This document shows, piece by piece, positions 47,369-57,976 of a stretch of DNA of 64,000 bases. The notes beneath the pieces were generated by a model. That model made no database searches, was not told where the DNA came from, and was given only the letters and a program-made list of their open reading frames with translations. Numbering within the stretch: position 1 is the stretch's first letter; each line of letters opens with the position of its first letter. The translations under genes and the position numbers were made by a program. The stretch comes from Candidatus Babelota bacterium (GTDB lineage Bacteria; Babelota; Babeliae; Babelales; JACPOV01): positions 910,351 to 974,350 of the forward strand of contig JACPOV010000008.1 of the NCBI GenBank assembly GCA_016191325.1, given 5' to 3'.

Positions 47369-48364
47369 ATGAAAATGTTATTTTTTGAATGTGAGCCTTT
47401 GCAAGAAGCTTCTTTTCGCACTGCTTTTTCGAAAGACCAACTATTTTTCTTTTCGGAACCATTGAATGAGAAAACCGTTCCAGGAAATCACAGCGATGCG
47501 GAAGTTATTTCAGTTTTCACCTCTTCCTGCGTCACCAAAAAAGTTATCGATCAATTCCCCAATCTTGCATTTCTTCTCACACGATCGGTAGGTTGTGACC
47601 ATATTGATTTAGATGCGCTAAAAATGCGCGGCATCTTATTCTCAAATATTGCACACTATGCGGATCGCTCAGTTGCTGAATACGCGTTTGCATTAATCTT
47701 TAATCTCGCACGCAAAATTAATCCTGCCGCTAAAAGAACTTCGCAAGAACATTCAATTTCGCTGCAAGGTTTGCGCGGATTCGATCTTTACGAAAAAACC
47801 ATAGGCGTTATTGGTACCGGAAATATCGGCAGCAACGTCATTCGGATTGCACATTGCCTTGGCATGAAAACAATCGCATTCGATATCGTTCAAAATCCAG
47901 AACTTAAAGAATTTGGAACAATCTATCTATCTCTAGAAGAATTATTAAAAACTGCCGATATAGTCTCAATTCATGTGCCATTAACAGAAAAGACTCATCA
48001 TTTAATAAATGAACAAAACATTTCGCTCATAAAAAAAGGCGCTTATTTAATAAATACCGCACGGGGAGGAATTATTCAAACGCATGCATTAATAACCGGT
48101 TTACAAAAAAATATACTTGCGGGCGCAGCCCTTGATGTACTGGAAGACGAAAGCGTCACAATCGAACCTTTGCAGTTCGTTTCGCAAAAGCACCCCAATG
48201 AATCGCAGCTAAAAAATATCGTAGAAAATAATTATCTTCTTAATCATCCACATGTTTTAATCACCCCCCATAATGCGTTCAATAGCAACGAAGCAATTGA
48301 TCGTCTTACGCACGAAACTATTGCAGCTATTGAAAAATTCAAAAATTCAGTGTCTTCAAAATAA
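47369..48364 (+). CDS. D-isomer-specific 2-hydroxyacid dehydrogenase (D-lactate dehydrogenase-like)
   Basis: NAD-binding GVIGTGNIGSNVIRIA, LINTARGGII, ALDVLEDE, ITPHNAF (catalytic His region). Confidence 0.85.
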   Translation: MKMLFFECEPLQEASFRTAFSKDQLFFFSEPLNEKTVPGNHSDAEVISVFTSSCVTKKVIDQFPNLAFLLTRSVGCDHIDLDALKMRGILFSNIAHYADRSVAEYAFALIFNLARKINPAAKRTSQEHSISLQGLRGFDLYEKTIGVIGTGNIGSNVIRIAHCLGMKTIAFDIVQNPELKEFGTIYLSLEELLKTADIVSIHVPLTEKTHHLINEQNISLIKKGAYLINTARGGIIQTHALITGLQKNILAGAALDVLEDESVTIEPLQFVSQKHPNESQLKNIVENNYLLNHPHVLITPHNAFNSNEAIDRLTHETIAAIEKFKNSVSSK

Positions 48365-48497
48365 TTTCTTCTCTCTAAAATTTTAATCAATACAAAAGAC
48401 TATTATTGTTCACTAATTTAATAAGCTCTTTTTCAAAAACATGCTTGAGTTCCTTAAATTTGCCATGCTACGGTAAAAAAAAAGGAAATAAAAAAGC

Positions 48498-51173
48498 ATG
48501 TATATTAAGCCTCCCTATCAAGAAACCGTTCAAGCCCTTTCTGAATATTTTAAAACAAATCTAACCGATGGCCTTTCTACTCAGCAAGCGCAATACGGTT
48601 TGAAAGAATATGGGCTCAATCAGCTACCGGAAAAAAAGCCGGTTTCACTGTTCCGAATTTTTTTAAGACAGTTTGAGAGTCCACTTATCTATGTACTCGC
48701 TGCCGCTGCAAGCATCATAATGATTCTTGGAAATTCAATTGATGCATTGATTGTTAGCGTTATTCTTTTTTTTAATGCTCTCATTGGAACAATCCAAGAA
48801 GGAAGAACGCAGACGCTCCTTGCTAGTTTAAAAAACTATTTAAAAACTGAAGCTCTGGTAGTGCGCGATGGAAAGCAAATTATTATTCCATCGAAAGAAG
48901 TTGTCCCTGGGGATATTATTATCATCCAGCAAGGAGAACAAGTACCAGCCGATTCTCGACTCATTAATGCTCATCTACTTATGGTTGACGAAGCATTACT
49001 CACTGGTGAATCTATGGGCGTTAATAAAACTGCTAATGCTATTGCAGATGAACGCGGCATTGCAAATCAATCAAATATGGTTTTCAAGGGAACGTATGTG
49101 CTTTCTGGAAATGCTTCCGCACTCGTTGTTGCGATAGGTGCGAAAACTGAGGTCGGAAAAATTGGAACTCTTGCAGAAACTATTCATACCGATATGCCGC
49201 TCAAAAAAGATCTTGATCGCATTTCGCTCTGGGTGCTCATTTTTATTGTAACCGCATGTATATTCCTATTTATTATTGGCATTTGGCATGGTCGCTCATG
49301 GACAGATTTACTCATTATTTTGAGCGCTTTATTTATCTGTGTCGTTCCTGAAGGGTTGCCAGTTGTTTTCACATTAACACTAGTTAATGGTGCATATCAG
49401 ATGGCAAAGAAAAATATCGTAGTAAAAAGACTTCAGGCAGTGGAAGGATTGGGACGCACTTCCGTTATCGTACTCGATAAAACCGGGACCCTTACCAAAA
49501 ATGAAATGATGGTTTCTCGAGTTTATACAAATCATCATTGGTACGAAATTACCGGTCAGGGTTATCACCCCCAAGGTTCAATGATCAGTGACGGTTCCAT
49601 CATAAAAAATATACATGAGCATCCAAATCTCGATCTCATGGCGCAGACAACCTCATTGCTTAATCGAACCCAAATGAATATAGATCAAAAAACAGGACTC
49701 TATTCCCTTAAAGGCGATCCTACACAGGCAGCTTTATACGTTTTTTCTCAAAAAGCAGGCTACGATCCGGCTCAATTGCGTAATCAATACATATTTTATG
49801 CTGAAATACCTTTTCAAGCAGATTTGCGTTATCAAGCAGATTTTTATCTGAAAGATAATAAACTTATAGCCCTCATAGTGGGCTCTCCTGAATTGGTGAT
49901 GAATCGCTCAACTATAACAACGCAAGATGACAAAAATGCTCTCGCTGATTTGCTTAGAGGCGGGCTTCGTACGATCGCTGCAGCGTATAAAGAATTTGAT
50001 TTACCAACGAAAAAAGAACTCAGTGGAGAAGTATTAAAAAATATGATCTCAGAAAATTTAATATTTTTGGGATTCTTCGGCCTACAAGATACCATTCGCC
50101 CAGAAGTTAGCGATATGATCAAGCAAGCTCGCGCGAGCGGCTTATGCGTAGTGATGGCAACCGGCGATCATCAGGGTACAGCGCTTTACGTCGCGAAAGC
50201 GGTTGGCATTTACAAAGAAGGCGATACGGCAATTGATGGGCCAGAATTTAAAAAATTGAGCGCGCAAGAACTTACTAAAGAATCAAAAGTAGCAACAGTT
50301 TATTCACGTCTTTCGCCAGAAAATAAACTGCAACTTATCGAAGCTTATCATCAACGGCGCCAAGTCGTAGCGATGACGGGAGACGGAGTAAATGATGCGC
50401 CTTCGTTGGTTGCCGCAGATATTGGAATTGCCATGGGAAGGATTGGCACTGAAGCTGCAAAAGAAGTTGCTGATATAATTCTGCTGGACGATTCATTTGC
50501 AAGTATTATGGATGCGATCGCCTACAGTGAACATATGTTTTCCACCCTCCGGCGTGTAATTCTTTATTTTTTTGCCACTAATCTCGCGGAAGTCCTGCTC
50601 ATACTTTTTTCACTGGGTTTAAATATAGCCACATTACCACTGAATGCGGTGCAGATTTTTTGGCTTAATTTAGTTACTGATGGTTTTTTAAATGTCGCGC
50701 TCGCAGTTGAGCCACAGGAAAAAAACCATTATTTGAAAGTATCGCACCGTCGTACCACACTCATTGATAAATCATTACTATTAAAAACATTTTATTTGTC
50801 TCTGCCTATGGCAATCGGTTCGCTCGGAGTTTTTTTATGGTACCAATCAACAAGTATTCCACTGGCTCAAACCATGGCCTTGGTCACCATGGCACTTTAC
50901 CAGTGGATGAACGCGTGGAATTGCAGATCTCAACATTTAACTAACTTCCAAATTGGTTTTTTTAGCAACCATTGGCTGATTGCAGCAACCTCATTCGTTT
51001 TATTTCTGCAGCTCCTCCTGGTTTATGCGCCATTTATGCAGCGTTTCTTTCATACGGTACCCTTAACCCTAAACCAATGGTTTCTAATTTTTATACTTAC
51101 TAGTTCATTAGTAATTATTGAAGAAGCACGCAAATTTATTGCGCAATTTTTGCAACAAAAAGGAATGCAATAA
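48498..51173 (+). CDS. P-type cation-transporting ATPase (P2-type, Ca2+/Mg2+-ATPase-like)
   Basis: N-terminal cation-ATPase domain (GLSTQQAQYGLKEYGLNQLPEKK), TGES, phosphorylation site VLDKTGTLTKNEM, hinge MTGDGVNDAPSL, about 10 TM segments. Confidence 0.93.
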   Translation: MYIKPPYQETVQALSEYFKTNLTDGLSTQQAQYGLKEYGLNQLPEKKPVSLFRIFLRQFESPLIYVLAAAASIIMILGNSIDALIVSVILFFNALIGTIQEGRTQTLLASLKNYLKTEALVVRDGKQIIIPSKEVVPGDIIIIQQGEQVPADSRLINAHLLMVDEALLTGESMGVNKTANAIADERGIANQSNMVFKGTYVLSGNASALVVAIGAKTEVGKIGTLAETIHTDMPLKKDLDRISLWVLIFIVTACIFLFIIGIWHGRSWTDLLIILSALFICVVPEGLPVVFTLTLVNGAYQMAKKNIVVKRLQAVEGLGRTSVIVLDKTGTLTKNEMMVSRVYTNHHWYEITGQGYHPQGSMISDGSIIKNIHEHPNLDLMAQTTSLLNRTQMNIDQKTGLYSLKGDPTQAALYVFSQKAGYDPAQLRNQYIFYAEIPFQADLRYQADFYLKDNKLIALIVGSPELVMNRSTITTQDDKNALADLLRGGLRTIAAAYKEFDLPTKKELSGEVLKNMISENLIFLGFFGLQDTIRPEVSDMIKQARASGLCVVMATGDHQGTALYVAKAVGIYKEGDTAIDGPEFKKLSAQELTKESKVATVYSRLSPENKLQLIEAYHQRRQVVAMTGDGVNDAPSLVAADIGIAMGRIGTEAAKEVADIILLDDSFASIMDAIAYSEHMFSTLRRVILYFFATNLAEVLLILFSLGLNIATLPLNAVQIFWLNLVTDGFLNVALAVEPQEKNHYLKVSHRRTTLIDKSLLLKTFYLSLPMAIGSLGVFLWYQSTSIPLAQTMALVTMALYQWMNAWNCRSQHLTNFQIGFFSNHWLIAATSFVLFLQLLLVYAPFMQRFFHTVPLTLNQWFLIFILTSSLVIIEEARKFIAQFLQQKGMQ

Positions 51174-51646
51174 TGCTATTTTTTCTCGCTTTATTATTTG
51201 TTTTTTCATCAACTTCATGTATGGATAATTCCTTTAACAATTCCAAGAAAGAAAAAGAAAATATTCTAATATCAGACGAAAATGAGACCGATTATCTGGT
51301 AGATAAACAAACCTATAACGAATATTGGCCGCGTCTACAAAAAATTCATAAGGACATTTCTAATGCACCATCGAAAGCAGCGTATCAACTTTTAATTAAG
51401 TTGAGCTCAGGGCAGCAGTGCATTATTTCAAAAGAATCTGCAAAAATGCTTGAGCGATACGAATTCCCTCTAGATCAGAACAAATACACCGATGATCTTT
51501 GCGAAGTGATAGTAGTATTCAATACCATTAACGGGACTAAAAATTCAGATAAGGCGATTAACTTTTCCAACTCAACCATTGATTGGTCGCAATTTAATCA
51601 AACAAATAAAAATGATCCTGCCAATACGAACAAACAAAGTCAGTAA
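51173..51646 (+). CDS. Small leader-bearing protein (leader ...C-M-D), start overlaps the ATPase stop (TAATG)
   Basis: MLFFLALLFVFSSTSC|MDNSFNN. AAGGAA lies upstream, within the ATPase 3' end. Confidence 0.6.
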   Translation: MLFFLALLFVFSSTSCMDNSFNNSKKEKENILISDENETDYLVDKQTYNEYWPRLQKIHKDISNAPSKAAYQLLIKLSSGQQCIISKESAKMLERYEFPLDQNKYTDDLCEVIVVFNTINGTKNSDKAINFSNSTIDWSQFNQTNKNDPANTNKQSQ

Positions 51647-51744
51647 AAGCTTGGGCTTCTTTGAATTCTGCCCATTTGACTGCTCATCCAAATGGGATAG
51701 ACTAAAATAACATTTTAAAACTTCTATTTGCAAAAGGATGAGCC

Positions 51745-52416
51745 ATGAAATCGGTCTGCATCAAAACGTATCTAACTCTCTTTACAATGCTGCTCTGCCC
51801 CAAAATGTATTCAATGGCGGGAGTTGCTCAAATGCCTTCAGATAAAAAAGTTGCCGATCTTTCAATAAAAGATTTGCAACAAGTGATTAAGGATACCATA
51901 CAAAGCTTGCTCGCGTTCGTAGATCCATATTCAATTTTGCAAAAACTTGATGAAGTAAAAGATGCTGAGCAAAAACTCAAAGCGGATTTTGAAACAAAAG
52001 AGCGTCAGATTGTTGATATTCAAAATAAGATCAAACAAAAAGAGGCAGAATTTCAAGCAAAGGCTCCTGCACTTAGCCCCGATGCTCGTGAAAAATATCA
52101 ATCCGATATTATGAGCTTACGCGCACAAGGGCAAACAAAAATGGAAGGCTTGCAAACGTTCGTGCAACAAGCGCAACAAGAGCTCGAAATGCGTTTCTTT
52201 AAAAAAATCCAAGAGGCTGCTGAAGAAGTTGCAAATGAAGAAGGAATCATTCTCGTGCAAGGCGCCGGCATTGTATACGGTTCTAAAGCGCTCAATATTT
52301 CTGATAAAGTTTCAGCTCGCATGAATAAAAAATACAACGAAGAAAAACGCAAAAGCATGAAACCAGTACTAACTCCAGCTGCGCAACCATCTTCATTGCC
52401 AACAGCACCAAAATAA
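51745..52416 (+). CDS. OmpH/Skp-like periplasmic chaperone
   Basis: Leader followed by a long coiled-coil region (KLKADFETKERQIVDIQNKIKQKEAEFQAKA) and C-terminal FKKIQEAAEEVANEEGIILVQGAGIVYGSKALNISDKVSARMNKKY, which fits the OmpH family pattern. Confidence 0.55.
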   Translation: MKSVCIKTYLTLFTMLLCPKMYSMAGVAQMPSDKKVADLSIKDLQQVIKDTIQSLLAFVDPYSILQKLDEVKDAEQKLKADFETKERQIVDIQNKIKQKEAEFQAKAPALSPDAREKYQSDIMSLRAQGQTKMEGLQTFVQQAQQELEMRFFKKIQEAAEEVANEEGIILVQGAGIVYGSKALNISDKVSARMNKKYNEEKRKSMKPVLTPAAQPSSLPTAPK

Positions 52417-52419
52417 CTC

Positions 52420-52965
52420 ATGCAAATCGCTCCAATAACAGCGTTAAAAGATATTAAAGCAATTATCGGGCTAGGAAATCCTGGCCCGAAATTTGCCCGT
52501 ACGCGGCACAATATCGGTTTTATGATCGTTGATGCACTGGCAGATCAAGCAAATGCTTCGTGGCACGCCAAAGGAAATATGGAAGTTGCCGCTATAGAGA
52601 TCAATGGCAATAAAGTTATTTTGGTTAAACCACAAACGTTTATGAATGTATCAGGAAAAGTTTTACCCGAACTGGCCAAGCAAGGCATCAAAAAAGAAAA
52701 TATTCTCGTGATTCACGATGAATTGGAATTGCCGTTTGGTAAACTTAAGGTACGCGCAGGCGGCAGCGCCAAAGGGCATAATGGATTGAAATCCATTATC
52801 GAACTCGTCGGCCCGGAATTTGCACGCCTCTCTGTCGGCATCGATCGCCCCGCAAATCGAGAACAAGTGCCCGATTATGTATTGCAAAATTTTTCGCAAA
52901 ATTCTGCAGATCTTGATGCAATGATTGATCAGGCTATACAAAAAATTGAAGAAATATGCATTTAA
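52420..52965 (+). CDS. pth: Peptidyl-tRNA hydrolase
   Basis: IIGLGNPGPKFARTRHNIGFMIVDAL, GGSAKGHNGLKSI. Confidence 0.93.
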   Translation: MQIAPITALKDIKAIIGLGNPGPKFARTRHNIGFMIVDALADQANASWHAKGNMEVAAIEINGNKVILVKPQTFMNVSGKVLPELAKQGIKKENILVIHDELELPFGKLKVRAGGSAKGHNGLKSIIELVGPEFARLSVGIDRPANREQVPDYVLQNFSQNSADLDAMIDQAIQKIEEICI

Positions 52966-53030
52966 AAAAAATAGATTTCTCAAAGTTAAAAAAATTTTGC
53001 ATATAAAAGACGCAGCATTCAGTTTATATT

Positions 53031-54635
53031 CTAGTTTAATTTGAAATAATCTATAAGTTCAGTTTTTTGCTCTGAATTTAAACTATCGAATATTTTTTTT
53101 TGCATTTCTCCTTTTTTCAAATCAATCGGAGTATTTTTATTTTGCAAATGAAATAAAGCCGTTATTAATGCTAACTGGCTGGGGGAATTACACTGATTAA
53201 TAGCGGAGATTAACGGTATTGAATAAAGTGTTTTTTCAGAACATATATAATTAATTCCTGTAGAAGTAACTGCTCCATTATTGTTAGTTATATATGGCAT
53301 TTTAACCATTTTTTTTCTCATCAAATCATAAGCTACGGTTCTAATATCTCCATCTTTTTTAGCTATTGACCCTATGGCAAAATTTCCTCTTAACATAGCC
53401 CAATGTATATTTTGATCAGTTTTAGCTTGACTCCAATTACCATATTTATGGAGGTCATAATCTTTATCCAAATAATAGAGATCTGTGCCGACATCAGTAA
53501 ATCCAATCACATCTTCATAAACCGATCCGCTAGCGCCTTGAGGTGTATCAACTTGAAGCCAACCATCCATTCCTTGGACTATTACTCTTTCGTCTTTACA
53601 AAATTTAACACTTTTGGGAACTTTTGAACCAAATGGGCTTATTTTTCTAAAGGAATTTTTTTTAACAAGATCATACCATACAATTTCTTTTCCATTTATA
53701 TAAACCAGTTGCTTTTCCGATTTATCAAAAGAAATAAGGCCATCACTATTATTGTCCGATCTAATATCGTCAATAATTGCTTTATTTGAATCTAGTTGCA
53801 GTACATAGCCTTTTTGCGAAGAATTCTTAATTCCTAAAATAGCTAGATATTTACCAAACGGACTCAAGAAAATAGTTTTTAGCTGAGATATTTTATCAGA
53901 ATCTACAGCTAGTTCCTGCTGAAGCTTTCCCGAGAGAGTATCGTGGATATTAATTTTTTTATTTGATTCGCCAATAGCTAAAGAATTGCCATTTTCGGTA
54001 AAGCTAATCGTTTGGATTTCTCCTTTTGTACCCAAATGGTGTACTTTTCCTGTGGCTAGATCCTCTACCTTCAGATTAGTCCAAACAGATGTGTTCGCTA
54101 TAAATTGTTCCGTGGGGCTTAACCAAATAACATCAGACGCCGAATATCTTTTTTTTGCGATACGATCAATTACAATTCTTTTGGCTTCTTTTAATGTTTT
54201 ACGATCATTAAAAATTTCAGAATCAAATTTTGTGAAAAATTGTTTATCGAAACCGCTTAACTCTTCTTTCGATTCTTTTAAATTATTCTCTAAATCCTCG
54301 ATCAAATTATCAAATACTATATTTCCGTACATGCTCTTGTTGATAAAAGGAAGCTTGACCGGTTCTTTCTTGGCCCCCATCTCTCTCAAACGATTCAATT
54401 CCAAACTGGATAATTTCTCTTTAGTGGAGGTAGAATTGTCCCCAAAAACTGCCTCTCTAAAAAAACTACTCTTCTCAACAATATTCTCAATTACAGCTCC
54501 ATCTTTTTCTAAATGAGTACCGTCACTTAACTCCAGTAAATAGCTCGGTGGATTATTCGCACTAACTGAGTACTTATCCATAGAATAGGAAAAACTCGTA
54601 TGAACCATTAAAAAAAGCATTATAAAATAAATCAT
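53031..54635 (-). CDS. BTB-like + beta-propeller protein, family member E4 (leader ...S-M-D)
   Basis: The ATG at 54635 lies 7 nt after AGGGA and gives MIYFIMLFLMVHTSFSYS|MDKYS. YLLELSDGTHLEKDGAVIENIVEKSSFFREAVFG resembles the start of a BTB domain. Blades include NSLAIGESNKKINIHDTLSGK. The tail LALITALFHLQNKNTPIDLKKGEMQKKIFDSLNSEQKTELI matches the E1-E3 tails. Confidence 0.65.
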   Translation of the reverse strand: MIYFIMLFLMVHTSFSYSMDKYSVSANNPPSYLLELSDGTHLEKDGAVIENIVEKSSFFREAVFGDNSTSTKEKLSSLELNRLREMGAKKEPVKLPFINKSMYGNIVFDNLIEDLENNLKESKEELSGFDKQFFTKFDSEIFNDRKTLKEAKRIVIDRIAKKRYSASDVIWLSPTEQFIANTSVWTNLKVEDLATGKVHHLGTKGEIQTISFTENGNSLAIGESNKKINIHDTLSGKLQQELAVDSDKISQLKTIFLSPFGKYLAILGIKNSSQKGYVLQLDSNKAIIDDIRSDNNSDGLISFDKSEKQLVYINGKEIVWYDLVKKNSFRKISPFGSKVPKSVKFCKDERVIVQGMDGWLQVDTPQGASGSVYEDVIGFTDVGTDLYYLDKDYDLHKYGNWSQAKTDQNIHWAMLRGNFAIGSIAKKDGDIRTVAYDLMRKKMVKMPYITNNNGAVTSTGINYICSEKTLYSIPLISAINQCNSPSQLALITALFHLQNKNTPIDLKKGEMQKKIFDSLNSEQKTELIDYFKLN

Positions 54636-54668
54636 ATCAGAATCCCTAAACACCAAAATTTTAAATTA

Positions 54669-57257
54669 TTATTTTTTGCTTGCTATCCATTTTTTAAGCT
54701 CGTTAGAAAATGCATGAGCATCAACTCCCGGGCCGCCGCCTTGAAGCAATTCTGCTTTTCCGCCGCCGTGCATATTGAATGCTGTTTTGAGCCATTCTGA
54801 AACATTTTTCAGCGCAAACGTTTTTATTGTTGGCGAAAGAAGTGCCACAAATGAACTTTGCTGCGCAGAGTTCAACAAGAAGTAAAATCCTGGTTTTGTA
54901 CGCATTAATTCATGCCCAATTTCGCGCAATTCATCAACTGAAGCATCATTGAATGATAAGAATAAAAATGGAATGCCGTTAATATTTTCAATGCGTTCGC
55001 GCCACTGGGGAAGCTGCAAATGCATCATTTGTTTCTTTAGGTGTCGTATTGAATCTTGCGCAGATTTCAATTGCTCACGATGTTTTGCAATCGCATCCAT
55101 TACTTGATCAACCGGCACTTTAAAATCGGTGCTCAATTTTTTTGAAATGGTAAACGTTTGCTGATACATTTCTATCGCCTTAGGGCCAGTGAGCGCGACA
55201 ATTCGTTTTTGCCCAGCTGCAAGCGCTGTTAGTTCAGTAATTTTGAAGCAACCAATATCGCCCGTTTGGCGCACGTGCGTTCCGCCGCAAAGCTCTGCAG
55301 AAAATCCTGGTACATCGATCACACGAACTTTTTCTGGATTATATTTTTCTCCAAAAATCGCCATTACGCCGCGCTTTATTGCATCATTATAGTTTGTTTC
55401 GGTGATAGAAACTGGAATATTTTCTCTAATTTTTTCGTTAACTAAATCTTCGACTTGTTTTATTTGATCTGCAGAAATTGCTTCATGATACGTAAAATCG
55501 AAACGTAAATAATCGGGAGCCACCAGCGAACCAGCTTGGCGCACTTCGCTTCCCAGAAATTTAATGAGCGCAGCTTGAAGCAAATGTGTTGCGGTATGAT
55601 TGTACATAGTATTTAATCGAAGCTGTTTATCTACGATCGATACAACTGGATCACCTACCGAAATTGGCTTTGGGGTTTTTATCCGTGCAGCGATCGCATT
55701 ATCTATTCTCTTTAAACCAATCAATGGCGCTTGAAACCCATCGATTCTGAGAGAACCTTGGTCACTTACTTGCCCGCCCTTCTCAACATAAAATGGTGAT
55801 TTTGAGGCCACCACCCATACGTCGGAGCCAGCTGGCGCTTTTTCCACTTCATGATTATCGACAATAAGTGCCGTAATTTTTGAAGCGGCTTCAAGATCTG
55901 AGTAACCGGTAAAGTCTGTTTTAATATTTTCGCCCAGTTGAATTTCGTGAACCGTTTCCTTTTTTCCTGAGCGTTCTCGCTGTTGCTCCATCTCTTTTTC
56001 ATAAGAAGGAATATCAACTTCAAACCCTTTTTCTTGCGCAATAATGCGCGTTATTTCAAGCGGGAATCCATACGTATCATAGAGTTTAAAAGCTTGAGAG
56101 CCTGAAACTATTTTATTTTTTGCTTCTTTAAAATAGTCGGCTAGCATTTCCTGTCCTTTGGTCAAATTCGCATCAAATTTTTCTACTTCTTGTTCAAGAA
56201 GCATAACGATGCGCGCGCGATGCTGCGCAAGCTCAGGGTATACTGAACCCATATCTTCGATTACCGCATCAACAAGCAACGGAAAAATCGGCTTTTCAAT
56301 TAATTTTTTAGAAAATAATGCGGCGCGGCGGATAACTTTGCGTAGTACATAACCGCGACCATCATTTGAAGGGGTTGCGCCATCTGCAATTAAAAAGCTG
56401 GAAGCGCGAATGTGATCTGCAAGCACATGAAATGCCGCTTTTTTTTCTTTATCTTGCTGTCCATATTTTTTGCCAGTTAATTGCTCGATACGAGAAATAA
56501 CGTTCGCAAATACATCGGTTTCATAAACGGTATCTTTTCCTTCAAGAAGCAATGCGAGTCTCTCAAGCCCCATTCCAGTATCAACGCCGGGCGATTTGAG
56601 CGATTTGTCGCTGCCATCCGGTTGGCGATCGAATTGCATGAAAACCAAATTCCATACTTCTAAATAACGATCGCATGAGCATCCAGGCTTGCAGTCCGGT
56701 TTATTGCAGCCATATTTTGCGCCGCGGTCAATATAAATTTCAGAGCACGGGCCGCAGGGGCCAGTATCGCCCATTTGCCAGAAATTATCAGCTTCGCCTA
56801 ATTTGTGAATGCGCTCTGCAGGCAGGCCTACTTGTTTATTCCAAATTTCAAACGCTTCTTCGTCTTTATAATAAACCGATGCATGCATTACTTCCGGCTT
56901 AAATTTCATCGAGCCGGTCAAGAAATCCCAAGCAAATTGAATTGCTTCTTTTTTAAAATAATCGCCAAAAGAGAAATTGCCCATCATTTCAAAAAAAGTT
57001 AGATGGCGCGCCGTAAACCCAACATTATCAAGATCGTTGTGCTTACCGCCCGCGCGCATGCATTTTTGAATGCTTACCGCTCGTTTATAGCTGCGCGTTT
57101 CTTTACCCAAAAAGAGATCTTTAAACTGATTCATTCCAGCATTAGTAAAAAGAATCGTTGGATCTTGAGCGGGAATAAGCGAAGAACTTGGCACTTGTGT
57201 GTGCCCGCGGCTAACAAAGAAATCGAAAAAGAGTTTACGAATTTCAAGCGATTGCAT
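54669..57257 (-). CDS. alaS: Alanyl-tRNA synthetase
   Basis: MQSLEIRKLFFDFFVSRGH, FTNAGMNQFKD, GPCGPCSEIY, editing-domain HTATHLL and CGGTHV. The start is taken at ATG 57257 (the track extends to 57314). Confidence 0.95.
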   Translation of the reverse strand: MQSLEIRKLFFDFFVSRGHTQVPSSSLIPAQDPTILFTNAGMNQFKDLFLGKETRSYKRAVSIQKCMRAGGKHNDLDNVGFTARHLTFFEMMGNFSFGDYFKKEAIQFAWDFLTGSMKFKPEVMHASVYYKDEEAFEIWNKQVGLPAERIHKLGEADNFWQMGDTGPCGPCSEIYIDRGAKYGCNKPDCKPGCSCDRYLEVWNLVFMQFDRQPDGSDKSLKSPGVDTGMGLERLALLLEGKDTVYETDVFANVISRIEQLTGKKYGQQDKEKKAAFHVLADHIRASSFLIADGATPSNDGRGYVLRKVIRRAALFSKKLIEKPIFPLLVDAVIEDMGSVYPELAQHRARIVMLLEQEVEKFDANLTKGQEMLADYFKEAKNKIVSGSQAFKLYDTYGFPLEITRIIAQEKGFEVDIPSYEKEMEQQRERSGKKETVHEIQLGENIKTDFTGYSDLEAASKITALIVDNHEVEKAPAGSDVWVVASKSPFYVEKGGQVSDQGSLRIDGFQAPLIGLKRIDNAIAARIKTPKPISVGDPVVSIVDKQLRLNTMYNHTATHLLQAALIKFLGSEVRQAGSLVAPDYLRFDFTYHEAISADQIKQVEDLVNEKIRENIPVSITETNYNDAIKRGVMAIFGEKYNPEKVRVIDVPGFSAELCGGTHVRQTGDIGCFKITELTALAAGQKRIVALTGPKAIEMYQQTFTISKKLSTDFKVPVDQVMDAIAKHREQLKSAQDSIRHLKKQMMHLQLPQWRERIENINGIPFLFLSFNDASVDELREIGHELMRTKPGFYFLLNSAQQSSFVALLSPTIKTFALKNVSEWLKTAFNMHGGGKAELLQGGGPGVDAHAFSNELKKWIASKK

Positions 57258-57347
57258 TGATTTATCCTTATAAGACGAGCAGAATCGATGTATTTTTACT
57301 CTAGCACAAACCATTTTTGGCGTCGAGACCGTCTCGAAGTCGATTCG

Positions 57348-57860
57348 TTAATTTTTGAACCCGCTAAATGCGGGCAGTAGTTGTTCATAAATCTTTTTCA
57401 AATCGGTACTCACTTGCTTTGTTTCTCCAATTAAGGGGAAAAAATTAGTGTCGCCAACCCAGCGGGGAAGTACGTGAAAATGAAAATGGGCAGGAATGCC
57501 GGCGCCTGCCGCTTTTCCTAAATTGGCCCCAAGGTTTATTCCCTGAGCATTCAGTTCTTTTTTAAGTAGAGCTGTAGCAAAAGACGCCAATTCCATTAAT
57601 TCTGCACGCGATTCTTTGCTCAATTCTTCAATTCCGGGCGTGTGCTCATTTGAAATAATAAGCAGATGCCCGCCAGAATAAGGATACGCGTTCATCATCA
57701 CAAAATGATGCTTTGCTCTGAGTAAAATACCATAGTATGCGTCGTCGTTAGCAGCATATTGCTCGCAAAACGGACATTTTTCTTCAGCATTATTTTCTTT
57801 TTTTTGGCCATGTACGCCGCGGACATACGAATTGCGCCACGGAGAATATAACTTTTCCAT
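57348..57860 (-). CDS. HIT-family nucleotide hydrolase/phosphorylase
   Basis: Histidine triad HFHFHVLPRW, a CPFC zinc-like motif near the N-terminus, and NAYPYSGGHLLI. Confidence 0.85.
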   Translation of the reverse strand: MEKLYSPWRNSYVRGVHGQKKENNAEEKCPFCEQYAANDDAYYGILLRAKHHFVMMNAYPYSGGHLLIISNEHTPGIEELSKESRAELMELASFATALLKKELNAQGINLGANLGKAAGAGIPAHFHFHVLPRWVGDTNFFPLIGETKQVSTDLKKIYEQLLPAFSGFKN

Positions 57861-57976
57861 ACATCTTCCAATGTTTCTATTATAAAATTATTTATAAATT
57901 TATTTCTAATTTAAAGCTTTTCTGCTAGCATGATTTATGCAAAAATTTTCATACATCACCTATTAAAATTTAGTAT

